This document shows positions 37,105 to 50,365 of a DNA stretch of 64,000 bases, one piece after another. The position numbers were made by a program, and so were the translations under genes. Under the pieces are notes generated by a model. The model did no database searches, was not told the origin of the DNA, and saw only the letters and a program-made list of their open reading frames with translations. Numbering within the stretch: position 1 is the stretch's first letter; each line of letters starts with the position of its first letter. Source of the stretch: Ophelia neglecta (taxonomy: Eukaryota); assembly GCA_965285935.1 (NCBI GenBank), contig OZ260665.1:20708001-20772000 (forward strand), read 5' to 3'.

Positions 37105-40100
37105 CATATTTATTTACATAATTTGGATTTTACAAAAGCCGAGGGCTTAACAAAGGTAATTTCCAAATAAATCATTGAGACAATATTTACAAATATGCGT
37201 GAGATAAAAATGAGATGATGAAATGAGATGAGGGAGTTACTATACATATAATCAATCGACATTACGTGCAATTTGTCTGCTGAGTCCAAAACACCAAGAA
37301 ACTGGCAAGTAGACGGAGAGCGATATGATGCGACATGATAAGACAATAATAAGAATAATCAATATAGTAGTCCAGATACGGGTTATTAAAGAAAATGAAA
37401 GACATATTGAAACAAAATATTGGTGAAATAGCCTACTATTTACAACGAAATATAACAATAGTCACTGGTTTATAAAAAATGATGCACAGCCGATAATAAC
37501 ACAAATACATTAGATAATATTGCAAGAAGTATGATGATGGTATAACAAAGCACCTGAACCAGGTAAGCATAAAGAACTCAAATAATATCAATAGTAACAT
37601 GGTAGCTAATTAAATACTCCTAAATTAAGCAGGAAATAAACAGTAAATCAACATATGCGTTACAATCGGTGGCACAAAACGCCTGCAAATTATTAAATAA
37701 AAACATCCATTGAGCATCTTATAGGCAGTTCCAAGTTAAACAGTAATAAACTGTTACGATGCGTTGCATCACGTGACATGGCATAAATTTTATATCATTG
37801 TCATGCCGGTGGCCCCGCGTGTCATCTATTGTCTCCTCGTGCCCAGTCGTGCACATATAACTGTCACTTTATAGAAGCTATCCATTATGTAGCGAGACAA
37901 ATGCAATCAGATAGTTTGGGAGTGGACTGGTTTCTTGAAGCGGACTTAAGTTCTGGGAAAGATTTGTTTTATTACCATTAGCTTAGAACGTTTAAATTGG
38001 TGTTTCCATATATCAAGATTAAGCCTAAGACTTAGACTGCTCATGTGTGGAATGTAATTGCCATTGTTTTAATAACTACGCAGTCAAACAACGATAATTT
38101 TGAACGATCTATTCCGCTTATCCTATGGCTAGGGGCCACGTGTATCTTCATACTGATATAAAATCGAACGTTGCTGATGCACGTGTTCAGTAAAAAGGGT
38201 GACCGGTTCACTTTATAATGGTCAGATTTTATCGCACTGTCCAGGAGGTTTCAACACTTTCCCGCTTTAGTATCCGGGTCCTTTTTTATCCCTTTTTGCC
38301 TTGTAAGAAAAATTTCATCTTTCGATAATTTCAAGTGTTGAGAGAACCAAAACCGTAATGGACTCCTTAAGGTCAAATTATATTGTTGACCACTGTCTGT
38401 TTGGTTTGTGCACATGATGGAAATCTGCTTTGAATTACTCTTCTCTGGAAGTGATATTTTTTATGCGCTTAAACGTGTATCTACTTTTTGTGAGCTGATG
38501 ATTGATTGATGCGTGTGGGCCAGTAACTGGTAGTGCTTGTTGATTCCGGAACGATTTAAGGGATGATTCTTGATCTAGGCCTTTGTATGTCTGCCGGTTA
38601 TCCGCTCCCGTGATTTAACTCAATAATAATGTCTAGGTTTCAATGGTGGTAAACCTGGTATGAGATACGACGGAAATGCCAGACGAATAGAAACGAACAG
38701 AAGTTCAGTGATAGGGTTTGCTTACAACCAAAGGGAAACAATTTCATGCTTAACTCCAATTGTATTCCAAAGAAGTACGTGTTAGATTTGGCGTGTGTCG
38801 TATATTTGTCTCGCGTCCGCAATTTAGAAAACCCATTTATCGAACTTCTGTCAATGGTGTTGAAGGTGGGATTGTTACTACAGTTTTTAATATGTCGCTA
38901 TCTATCTGTCATTTCCCTGACATATAAAGTGCTTTTCGTAGCATGTATGAAGGTCTGTGGGTCATTCATAGAATGGACCATTGCTCTGAATACTTTCTAA
39001 ATAAGCACATGTCAAGGATTTTGATGCATGATTTTCAGTTTTGTGACGGTTGCAGGATTGAAGCCCCTGCCGGGAATAGCTGATAGCAACGCTTCTTGTC
39101 ACTAGGAGCACCGATTCTTCAGCATATTTAGTCTAATACTTAATGAATGTCCAACGATGGCAGTCCATGAGGGCTGAACGTAATTTTATGAGATTATCTC
39201 CGGCATGCGCATGCGCATGGGAGGACGTGAAGTGGCGAGTAGAAAAAATAATTAGTCATTTGAACAATAACACAAGCTGTATATTCAAGTGTTTATAATA
39301 TTAAACGTTGTGCTCTATCATTTGAAAGGCGGTTTGTTGAGTGACATTTATGTGCTTGTTTTTTTGTCTAATGCTTGGCGAAAGTGATGCAGTTTCCAGG
39401 TTGCAGTGAACTAAATAGCAGATATTCCATGCAGTGCTGCCCCCTGGTAGGTGTTCCAGAGCTCTCAGGGCAATAATAAAGTTGGCCAAGCTGGCCTGTT
39501 ATTGGCCAAAAAAGGCAGAAAACATATCCGGGTTGCCTGGTTTATGTGTTAGAAGTAAAATTTAGATACTATGCTTATGAATAGTAAAGAATCTTTGACA
39601 GGAGATGGTATTGTTTTGGAATTGTGGGATTCAGAAAGACCCATGTGGATATTTTCGGGTTCATATGTGCGGTATGGCAGACACGTGACAAAAACAAGTA
39701 AAATGGCAACTTTTTCTTTTCGAGCCTCTAGCAAGTTTTTTTTGTTCATTTGCTATGCTGAATTTTTGATATATTTTCCCTTATACATAGGCCTCTAGGC
39801 AGAACTAGTATGCAGATTATTGTTGTAAAAATACGAAAAATGACGACGAAAAGCCTCGATTTAACATGTAAGAGATAGGAGATTTATTTAGTTCCCTGCA
39901 ACCTCCATATTGCTCGGAAAAATACTAATTATTCTAGTATAGATTTGTTTCGCCTTGATAAGAAATGCAATTGTATAAAACAGGGATTATGCCCGTGCTT
40001 CACATGGATACGTCCTTTCCTTCGGAACTGTGGCATTTGGTTAAAACCACTTGTGCTGCTCATGCACACATTTGAAGTCGTCACTTTTAATGTATAAATT

Positions 40101-43100
40101 ATAAGGGGGATTCATGTTACTGGTAGAGGGAATGAACAGTTTTTTTTCAATGGGACATAATACTTAGTAATAAACACTTTGAAAGAATAGATACACGCAA
40201 AAAAGGTAATATTTTTTGCTAGGGAAGCCAATATTAAGAGAGCAGTCTCCAATATAAAAAATATTGGTTTCGTGCCAGGCCAAGCTGACTCAGCTGATGG
40301 TTCGTGGTCCCAGTTGGGACACCATTATATCAGTATGCTAAATTCTTGGCCATTTAAGCCTGTGGATCAAACATATGCTTGCAAAACACGGTGCTTCAAC
40401 TTTCGTCCGGTGCGATATCAGAGTCCCCGGTCTTATGTTGGGTCGCACAAGCTTAGCAGAATCACTAGGGAAACAAATAAATATAATTAATCTGCCACCT
40501 AGTGCGCTTGCCCGTAACTAATCGCAAACGTGTGTTGTACATATCCCGTTCTATCTGACAAAACATGTTTGAAAAAATTACTTAATGTTCCCAGATAAGT
40601 AACTGGTTACAACGGATATACAGTATAACATACGAATTTATGTAGCTTGCTATTACTGTGTATCTATCGAATGGACTATAAAGATGACATCAGGATAGTT
40701 CTTGGCCTAAAATTTAGGCCATGTGAATGGCTTTGTGTAAACGGCGAACGCGAAAGCTTCGGCGAAATCGGCATGGCTTCTTAAATTGGGCTAATATGAA
40801 CACAATAATAACCCTACCCATACCCATTTATATCGAAAGCAAAAATTGAGTTAGGGTTAGGGTTGGGTTATAAAATAACTAATATTTTAGATTATTGTGA
40901 AATGCTGCTTTCGCTGCTTTCGCGTTCGCCGTTAACACAAAGCCATGTGAATTGGTATCGTCCTCTTATCTCAGATAACTTTATTCTTTATACCATTTAA
41001 GCCAATCGTGAAAAAACTAAAACAGCATCGAAATCGTGCACATACTAACAAATAGGAGGCAAAACGGATGAAGCACCATTGTGTTATAGCGATTTTCAAA
41101 AAAACTACAATTACGCTTGTTGCGTTTTGCATACTTTAGCAAATGTTTAAGTAAGTGTCTCTTGGCGAATGGGTTAAAAACGTTCTACCGGATAATGTTT
41201 AGAAAGTTACGCAGCGCCGGATAATAGGAAAACAATGACGGGAGATTACACGAGTACCTTACGTGGAAACGATGTTTCTAGCAACAAGAGCGTTAGAAAT
41301 CCGCGAGTGGATACCCGGCATAAACTACAAGGTCAATAATCAGAAATAACTCGATCAGAAACCATCAGCAGTCACAAGCCCACACGCTTTATACAACATA
41401 CACGCTATATACAACACCCAAAATGTACATAAACTGGCAAAGCATATAATGAAGTCGAAAACATAAAATTTATAAAGAATATCGTAAAATGCTAAGCTTT
41501 GCCAACTGGTTTTATAGGAATAATTCAGTGTTTTTACTTGCTAAAACGGATATTTTACCAATTTTTTTTTCTCATAACGATACGTCGAATGGCGCTTCTT
41601 AAATTGGTTGGAAAGGCAGTCTGTAGACTCGGAAACGTTTGAAACCAGGAGCATATACTGGTACGATGACACACAAAGGCTGATCAACCAGAACACGAAA
41701 TCCTGGCCCACACCTTATAGTCTTATACCTGGCAAATCTGTACAAACAAAGTAAGATGCATATATAAATATAGGGTAACCAGAAACCTATGCTTTCACTC
41801 CAACAGTTCGCACAACTAGAATCAATGTTTAACCTATAAAGAAATCTACTTTGTTGTGTTCGAAGGTGAATTCCGTCGGTCTGCTAATGTTTCATGCTAC
41901 TTTAAAGTCGAACGCCACGTGCCAAACCTGCTCAACCAACGTTATTTTATTAGCTAGTAACATGACCAACTGCAAAATTAGTGCCAAATAGGAACGCGAA
42001 TTTCGAAAAAGCTCCAATGCAAATGTTAATTTCTTTGTTCTCAAACATTACCACCTGTGATTTTATTTTGAAAGAGTTGTGTTGCGGGAAGTCCAGTTTC
42101 TAAAATGGTGACAATCCGTACTTATCAACAAGATTACCCAGCTGTGCAGCTTATCTTCGTCAAAGCCCACGTGAAAATGTTACATCGGATTAGAAACAGT
42201 GCTTCATCCTGCATTTTTTATAGAAATCAAAGATTCACCACTTTCATTGCAAATACATCTAGCTCCACTCACATTTCCTGCTGTTTCCCTATATATGACT
42301 TTAGCAATAGGCTTCCGTGAACATTTCTTGATGTCATTCTGTACACATAAGTGCCTGCATGATCACTTTCATTGGAAGATTCGTAATCATGTAAGGCTTA
42401 AAGGGTTGAAGATAGCCTTATCGTTAAATCACCATAAAGGTTGAATCAAAAAGTGGAATTATTTACATCATTGTTGCTGGCTTCGTTTTAGTGCTTAAAG
42501 CGGTCAAGTATAAAACAACCATCTCTTGAGGAGACGCCGATGTCTGAGGCTTATATGTGTAAAAAGAATCCTAATATTCCTCCCCTTAAAAGGAGTGGCA
42601 TATCTCTTGATATTCATCTAGGAGAAAGAAGGAGTAAGACTCTTCAACTTATAGGGTCCATCTGATAAAACGTGTACCCAAGAACAATAACTGAGTTTTA
42701 TATCGTCGAGTCGGAATAGCACAGTTTCAGCTTCTAGTGGACGCCTCTGATGGTTCAGATAATGCTGATGACCTAATATGCAAGTGAATCTGTTCTACAT
42801 TTTAGCTCAACTAGGTAATACATGTAAGTTAGAGGCCTAGCTGATACGGAAATGAGGGCATTGATCACTCTTTTGGCTGGACTAATAGAACTAGTAAGAA
42901 CATGTCGAAAAATATGCATTCCGTTTACAAACAATGCAAAACTGAAGTCGATACCCGCCAGCGGATGTAGGTTAATTGATCGCTATTTCGTGCTGAGCTT
43001 CTTTGTAAGAGAGTCTGCTGCAACGAAAAACGCACCAATTAGCAGAACCTACCTCTATCTTACAAAACCGATTACGGTAATAGGAGATTACCTGCAGTGG

Positions 43101-45537
43101 CACACGCAGATGAAAGAAGAATCTAGGACGAATACACGAGCTGGGTTTAAACCGACCAAACTCACTGCACATTACAGAGAGTATTCAACACGCGGATCAA
43201 TGTACAGAATGTGGTACACATTTTATAGCGGAAAACGGCTTATTTGTTTCGTTTTCCGGCTTAGGAAACATATAGGCATGTATTAGGTTTTGGATTAAAG
43301 AACAAATGCTATGTTATAAAGGGTCGACGCACAACGTCATTACATATTTGCTTAATGAAAACATTAGAAAAAGAACTGGCATTAAATATTTAATCATTTA
43401 ACACGTTTTTTCAATTAAAACGATTTATAAGCAGTCTAAACCGCGGTAGTAGAAACACCAATCCCGATGCCCGTAATTGTATATATGCCAGTCAATAAAC
43501 CATCAGGAAATTCACATTCAGAGGATAAAATCAATATCTAGAATATATTGAGTAATTCATGATATTACGGCAGAATACATTAGTTATATCATTATAAGAA
43601 CAATGACGATTTTCCATGCATAGACTCTACGTCATACATAGGCGTAACACAACCAAACCTTCTAATCATAAGATGTCTTTCATTGGACTGGTTTAATTAA
43701 GGACCAAGCGCTCTGTCGATTGCCCATTACCCGACACTATTGGGGGTCTGCAGCAGGTTAACAAGCAGTCCTAATGAATAATTGCCTATAAATAAAACTG
43801 TATGGTAGTCCAGGTATCCGCTTTCGTATGTTATATTGACCACCATCACAGGTGATATTCTCAAAATGTGACAATAACACATCTAGCGTGCTTGGAAATA
43901 TATAGATGAGGAATCGAGAACATGTAAGACTCATTAAATTGACCAGTTACTAGTAGCTAATTGCCGGACAGTGATGTCTGGATTAGAAACATAGCCCTAA
44001 TTCCCTTTTAAGACTGTGTCAGTCACGTCTTATGCCTGTATGATCTATCTAGGTGCCCACAGCCCGGGGGGTCATTTCTTCGTGCCTTTATGCTTCCAAG
44101 GCAGGGATCCCTCAAAACTACAACAAAGGTAGCATTGGTAATCTTTTAAACCAACTCGAGGAGATGAATGAATAATTGAATCCGGTTTTAGTTTTTTGAG
44201 CAGCAATTAACATTTCATTACGGTTTCTATGATAAGACTTAATCAGAATCAGGTTTGTAAATATGACGAAGATGAATTATCCCACAGAAGTTTTTTCAAT
44301 GGAATGCGCATTCTTCTAATCTTCAGACACATTATCACCATATGATGCAGTGTTGCACTAGTGTGAGCGGCCTTGTTCCCGTTCGACTAAACTGCAATCT
44401 CATCCAACAGTACTAGTAGGACATGTATTGTTTTCACACTAGTCCATGTTCAACACAATAGCTCACACATCACCCATTATGGAGTCTATATCGATTGAGA
44501 CCTTTACAGTAACGGTTTTATAACGTTTACTGGGAACTAGAACAAAGCTGACATCCCTTACGCCGGTTTTACAACACAGTGTTCTGAATGTTCACTTTAT
44601 GCTTGTGTTGTTTTATTTGATAATGTTTTGTGACGCATTAAGGTGGCAATTTAGAGCAATTTCAACCCCGATAAAAGCATCCGCAATTTGATTCATTTAT
44701 CTATATCAGCGTCGCCTTTACACCTTATGGATAGTTTTATAGCTCCAATATACGACCCTGATTACCAACAAGCGCACTGTAAACGTCACAATGTGGAAAG
44801 GTCAATAAGGCATATCTTAATATTTCAGAGTAATTCATCTAGACAGGTCACTGAAAAACGGACTAGAATTTGATAATAATGGTTAGGTAAAGGAATGCTG
44901 GGAAAACAATTAAATGTCGTAGAGCTGACAAGTAGTGTTTAATACCACACGAGTAGGAGCAAAGTAGACTTTTACCCATGATTTCAACTCCGGCATAAGG
45001 ACACAAGAGTTAATAATTTTGTATTGGTCAAAACTCATAATTCGATTTATACATGCTTCCCAACGGGATGGAAAATATTTTTTGCCCACAGTAACGATTT
45101 ATATTAGTAATTTCTAAATAGTTCATTATTCGACAGTATGGATGATAAGTGTTTCACCTTACGTAAATACCAAAAACCCGTTGTAAGCACTTGCTCATGT
45201 TTTAGTCGTTGACTGATGGAGAAAATTGTAAAAATAACCATGACAGTGCCGTATAGACCCAAAACCAGGCGAATGTGTCATGCTTGTTGGATGAGTCCTC
45301 TTTATACATAAATTATGCGACGAATGACAAGGCAGTTACTCTGAAACCTTTTAAACATGGCACCAATATAAACCTCGGAGCAAAGATATATCGATCTGGT
45401 CTATCGAGTAATAGTTTTTGCCTACTAATCTTGACATTTTACGACCGCTTCCGGCTCCCTTAGCCCGGTCATCCGTGCTAACGTTGTGTGTTATATTAAG
45501 GTACAGCACACGTGACTGTGAACTAACAATCACATAG
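37105..45537 (-). pseudogene. Second copy of the putative furin-like Cys-rich/multi-TM pseudogene (318 bp deleted)
   Basis: Duplicate of 27690-36440 inside tandem copy 2. Confidence 0.5.
40729..40944. mobile_element. Duplicate of the 31314-31529 MITE
   Basis: Same TIRs and ATGTGAAT TSD at offset +9415. Confidence 0.92.
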
Positions 45538-45639
45538 AGGAATTAAACGCCAAAATAGTCTGGATATGGAAACTGATTTCGTAGTTAAACGTTTTAAAGT
45601 TGTTCAAACTATGTGTTCTTATTTTAACATGGAACCTTC

Positions 45640-48600
45640 CAGCTAGGCATTGGATACCTGGCCCAGCGCTCCCACGCACTCCCATGTCTGTCCTACCCCC
45701 CGGCTAGTAATTAAGTTCCATGCCCTGATGCAAAACGTATTTCTGTCGGCCCTAGTCTCTGTCGGCCCTAGGAAAGCACAAAGACCCGTCTCTCCAGTCG
45801 GGAGTCTGTGCTCACCACGCCTCTCTTATTAGCATTACGTTCACAGGAACAGTAAGGCCCCCCTCCCCTCTTTCAGGGTACCAGAGTAAAACCAAGACTG
45901 GAGGCAGGAATCAAAGACTGCGCTTTTTAAATTTAAATACAGGGCTAGTGTCTCATGGCCTACGTTTTCTTGTTTCCTTCTCATTCAGATTACATACCAG
46001 CCCCACTCGCGGATGAACACCAGAGTGCCCCGTCCTACCCCAGTCATATGTATTCCTATATACAGCAGGCATTAGAGTACCCCTCTCCATTCAAACTGGT
46101 TTCCGTCAATATTCTAATAACAAGGGCAAAGAAGGCCACCTCAGAGGGTAGAGTTATTCTACACCGGAACTGACCTCCAAATGTGGGGTTGAATGTTGGG
46201 GTGGATATTCTATTCTACGAGGGCCAGCCCCTGCCCATGACATGGCACAGTTAACATTGCAGTACGGCAGATTAGTGACACTATTTTCTATAGAACTGTT
46301 AAGGGTATACACAAAGGAAGAACGCTTCATAGAGCTTTCCCTAAAGTTTGGGGTCAGATGGTCTTTTTACGGTTGCCCAACGATCACTGAGGGACTGCAT
46401 ACCATAACCATATATTAGTTGGGGTCCCCCGCCTCGCTTATATAGATGTGTTGGTATCCCCCGAATTGGGCAACGAACTCGGCTTGGGAAATGTATTAAT
46501 CTATTACGCATAGTATCAGATTTAGGGCTCCCTATTGCAAACTGCCCCCCTCCCTCCCCCTCCCACAAGGATACAAAACTCACTTCGGTAGGCGTGAACT
46601 TTGACCCAGAAGGAAATATAAATGCAAATTCACAATAACTTCGTGTCTACAAACTCGATCCTCCCGGTTATTTTTCGTCGGCGCTAGGCACTCTGTATCA
46701 CATATCAAGTTGTTTGCCACTAGTCCGCCTCTTTCTGTTTAGTAAGTTTCAGATGACAAGGGGCCACATTGCTATGGGCGACACACTCAGTAGGACCCCC
46801 GACCCCCAGGCCCTGGATGACCGTCATTGGTTCTTGGCTCCAATTATTATTGTTTTAAATTTCCACAGACCTTGGTAAGCCTATTCCTACCAATACACTG
46901 CTGGGGAAGCAGATCTTTATTCCGAAGGTCCGATGTTCCGAAGGTCCGTTATTCCGAAGATCCGATGTTCCGAAGGTCCGTTCTTCCGAAGGTGCTATGT
47001 CCCGAAGGTCCGATGATGCGAAAGGTTAATTGCGCTGTGTTCCAATATGCCAAATTTGCCCTTTGATCGTGAATGGATGATTTGCCGCCAGCAATTCTAA
47101 TTACCACCAAGCTATTTAGAGGTCCATCAAGTCAATTATTTAATTATATAGCAAGAGTGTTTCGATAACTCAAAACTAATGCAGTTTGGTTGAGAAGCAG
47201 ACACAATACAAGGCGCTGGTCATTTATAATATAAGGGACGGGTTGTTTATTATGTATACCTGAGGGAGGCTGCCACAATGTCTACCGGAAACAGTGAGTT
47301 GTTCATGAAATAATAACGCAGAACAACTGAATGTAGACGCAGCTGAAACAAATATTTGTTTTATATACTGAAAATAAAATGGAGCTTATAACTATTGCAT
47401 TTCATTAAACGAAAACCAAATTCCAAAATGATAGTAGGCCTATAGGGCTTGAAAAAACGGGAATGGATACCTGGCAGACACAGAGAAAACACTGATCAAG
47501 AACAGTCCCTTAAATCGGTTTGAAATCATCAGACTTCAGCCAGAAGCCCACATACGTCAATCCACAAAGTATTTAAAAGTGTAAGGCGAGTAAGAAATGA
47601 AAACATCAAACTGATATCACTTGTAGAGAATCATTCGATAGTTTTCCATGACTCGAGTCAGATCACAAAACATACGAGACAGTGATCAACACAGGACAGA
47701 GATGAAATATGCCTTTGGAAGTTGTTTAAAAACGGGTCCAGAGCCTCCATCGAATATCCCTTCTTCGTATACCTATAACGAATTCTTCCACTTGTAAAAA
47801 ATATAGTTAAAAAGTCCACCTGAAAACCGAAAATTAAGGGGTTCTCGTCACTGTAGAGCCGCCCCCCCCCTGTTGCTCGAGTTCGAGAAAGGATGATTTG
47901 AACCTTCTTTTAAGGTCACAAGTGTCAACGGGACTATTTCATCACATTTTAAAAACTATTATCATAAAATGATAAATGAAATAAAATCATTTTGTCATTT
48001 ATATAGCGCCGTTTCCATTGTTCATGTTCCATAGCGTCGCACGTAACATTGGATTGAAATGAACATACACACTGTTGACTATCCACACATTCCATTTGTT
48101 GACTATCCACACATTTCTTTTAGAAATATCGTTCAATCTAACCCACGAAACAAATAGAATCTATGCAGCAAGAAAATGCTTGGCTAGGGAAAACTGATAA
48201 AAACGTACTCTAGGCCTGCATGTATGACCAGGTCCACTCAAAGTGGCCGAAACTGTGTAGCAGCCTAGCAGTCTCCTTCATATTTTCGCAATACTACCTT
48301 GTGAATAACAGACCTTCAGAATAACGGACCTTCGGAACAACAGACCTTCGGAACAACAGACCTTCGAAACAACGGACCTTCAAAATAACGGACCTTCGGA
48401 ATTTTTTAACTATAATCAGCATTTTAGTCAATAAGTCGTCTTTTAACTTCTTTTTATTCTTACACCTATGTTCAGCGTCTATGAGAAGGAATTTCATTTC
48501 TGTAATAGTACGCTATACAAATGAATAAATATTATTATTATTATTATAATAACGGACCTTCGGAATAGCGGTAAGCCCCCCACTGCTGGTAGGGCCCTGT

Positions 48601-49085
48601 TGTTAGGTAAACTCAAGGTCCCCTTCCCATTCCTTGCGCCCAAAATATATAATTTATCTGTTCTATATTTGACTTCGCTTAGCATCGAGCACCAGGCAGG
48701 CACTGATATTTTGGCAGTCCCGTTGTCACGCGGGCAACTTGAGGCAGGATTCAAAGACAGAGTCGCAAGCTTAATAGCTTCCCTAAATGCCTGCGAAAGC
48801 TCCATCACTCGTGAATATGGGCTTCCCCTCTTCCCTCTGATCACCCATGTTTCAGGTGACTCCCTTGAGGTCCCGCTAGACCAAGCTTACACAAGTAAGA
48901 GAGTTTCTTTTTCGTCCTGGGCCCTGGCGTAATTACATAGGCGTCAGGCGCCTCTTTCCCAGATTTCAATATGACCACCCCTGTCCTCTGCATGACCCTT
49001 CCCAGGAGCTGGTGTTGGCATACATCGAACTTCTTACCAAGGCTTGTTCCAAAGCATCTACAACAAGCGCTAATTCAGGCCCCAT
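45640..49085 (-). mobile_element. Possible old, decayed LINE fragment interrupted by the 46905-48580 transposon
   Basis: GC-richer coding-like tract with weak RT-like remnants in a plausible order on the - strand: PTHLYKRG, GKLYEAF, LF..VNVMLI (a possibly eroded FADD) and FCIRAWNL. No intact motif. Confidence 0.3.
46905..48580. mobile_element. Non-autonomous DNA transposon (~1.68 kb) with 9-bp TSD (Mutator-like TSD length) and arrays of subterminal 15-bp repeats
   Basis: TSD CACTGCTGG at 46896-46904 and 48581-48589; GG...CC ends; TTCCGAAGGTCCG repeats on the left (46919-47020) and inverted CGGACCTTCGGAA repeats on the right (48304-48400, 48550-48567). No transposase ORF. Confidence 0.88.
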
Positions 49086-50365
49086 GAGGGTGTGTATGTG
49101 TGTGCGTGCGCGTGTGTGTGTATGCATACATGCGATGTTCCATTCAGGATTCTAGGCAATAAGCCATCCAGATGTTTTTATAAATGTTACAACTTTATGG
49201 CCGTGACCGCACGGCCGAAATTTCAATAATCATATTATTCTTTAAAAATCGAGTATTTTGGTAATAAAGATTTTTGCAAAACTGATTATTCAAAAGTGTC
49301 CACAGACGATCACGAATCGATGTGAATAGCGATCATTGATTAAAGACTGGAATAAAAAAAAGCCGAAGTAGGACTAAAAAATTACTTACAACACTATTTT
49401 TTGGGTATAAGCTCCAATGGAGATTGATGTCTTGTTAATAATGTTACTATGTGTAAATATAATTCAGTATGACAGGTTGCGATTTTGTGCACATACATTG
49501 TATATATTGATGAACCGAAATTCTATATTCTTCACCTGGCCTTTTTTTTATTATATATGCTTCTGAAATTACAATTCTCTAAGAACATATTTTTCATACA
49601 ATTTGTATTATGTAAATTTCCAACGGTATTTTGAATTTAACTCCAATGTCGTCTGTATACATGACTGCCAAACTTGTTGATGTCCCAAGAGACCAGTTGA
49701 GATTACCGTTATTCTGACAGATTAAGCCTTCAACTTTATTAGCTTGTTTAAGTTTTGTTTTATATGTGTTTTGACAAATGTATGAAATAGTAGATTACTC
49801 TAACGCAGCTTTATTACAAAACTACCAGCCAATGAGCTTTCTAACACTATACTCTATTAATTTTGTTTCCTCGAACATAAATTTTATGTTACTGGGCATT
49901 TTCATGAGACTTGTAATATTGTTATTTCTAACTAATCTGGATGTGAGTTTCACTGATTTAAAATATTGTCAGCGCCTTCTATACCTAGTGTTCCACCACA
50001 AATTGCATGGGCTACGAAAATGCAGTAGCCGTATCTTAGACTGCATAATTTTCATAGGATTAAGCCGCTGTCATGTGAGTGACAACATGGCAGACGATGG
50101 ACTTAATATCTATGAAAATGAAATAGATTGCTGAAGATTTGTTTTCAACTATTAACTACTTTGGATTCACAAGTATCCATGTCTCTTTGTTTTACCTATA
50201 CTTATGAAGTGCAATAGAATTAAGACTTTGATAAAACGAGGTGAAAACGCATAACTTTCCTATGTTTAAGCCGCGCTGCCTGCAAATCGATGCCTTCAAA
50301 AAACCAATTGATAATTTATTTTCGTAAAAAAATTGCTGTTTTATTTGAATAAATACTCCGATTTG

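Larger units (their letters stand above)
36685..45781. repeat. Tandem segmental duplication, copy 2 (9097 bp; lacks the equivalent of 32686-33003)
   Basis: Junction AAAGCACAA|GGTTGAAG at 36684/36685. Differences noticed: A30750/T40165, G32567/T41982 and the 318-bp deletion at 42100/42101. Confidence 0.98.

Noticed and set aside
46919-47020. CRISPR-like or coding 15-bp repeats (RRSDVPKVRYSE ORFs)
   Set aside because: They are subterminal repeats of a TSD-flanked transposon; the ORFs are by-products.
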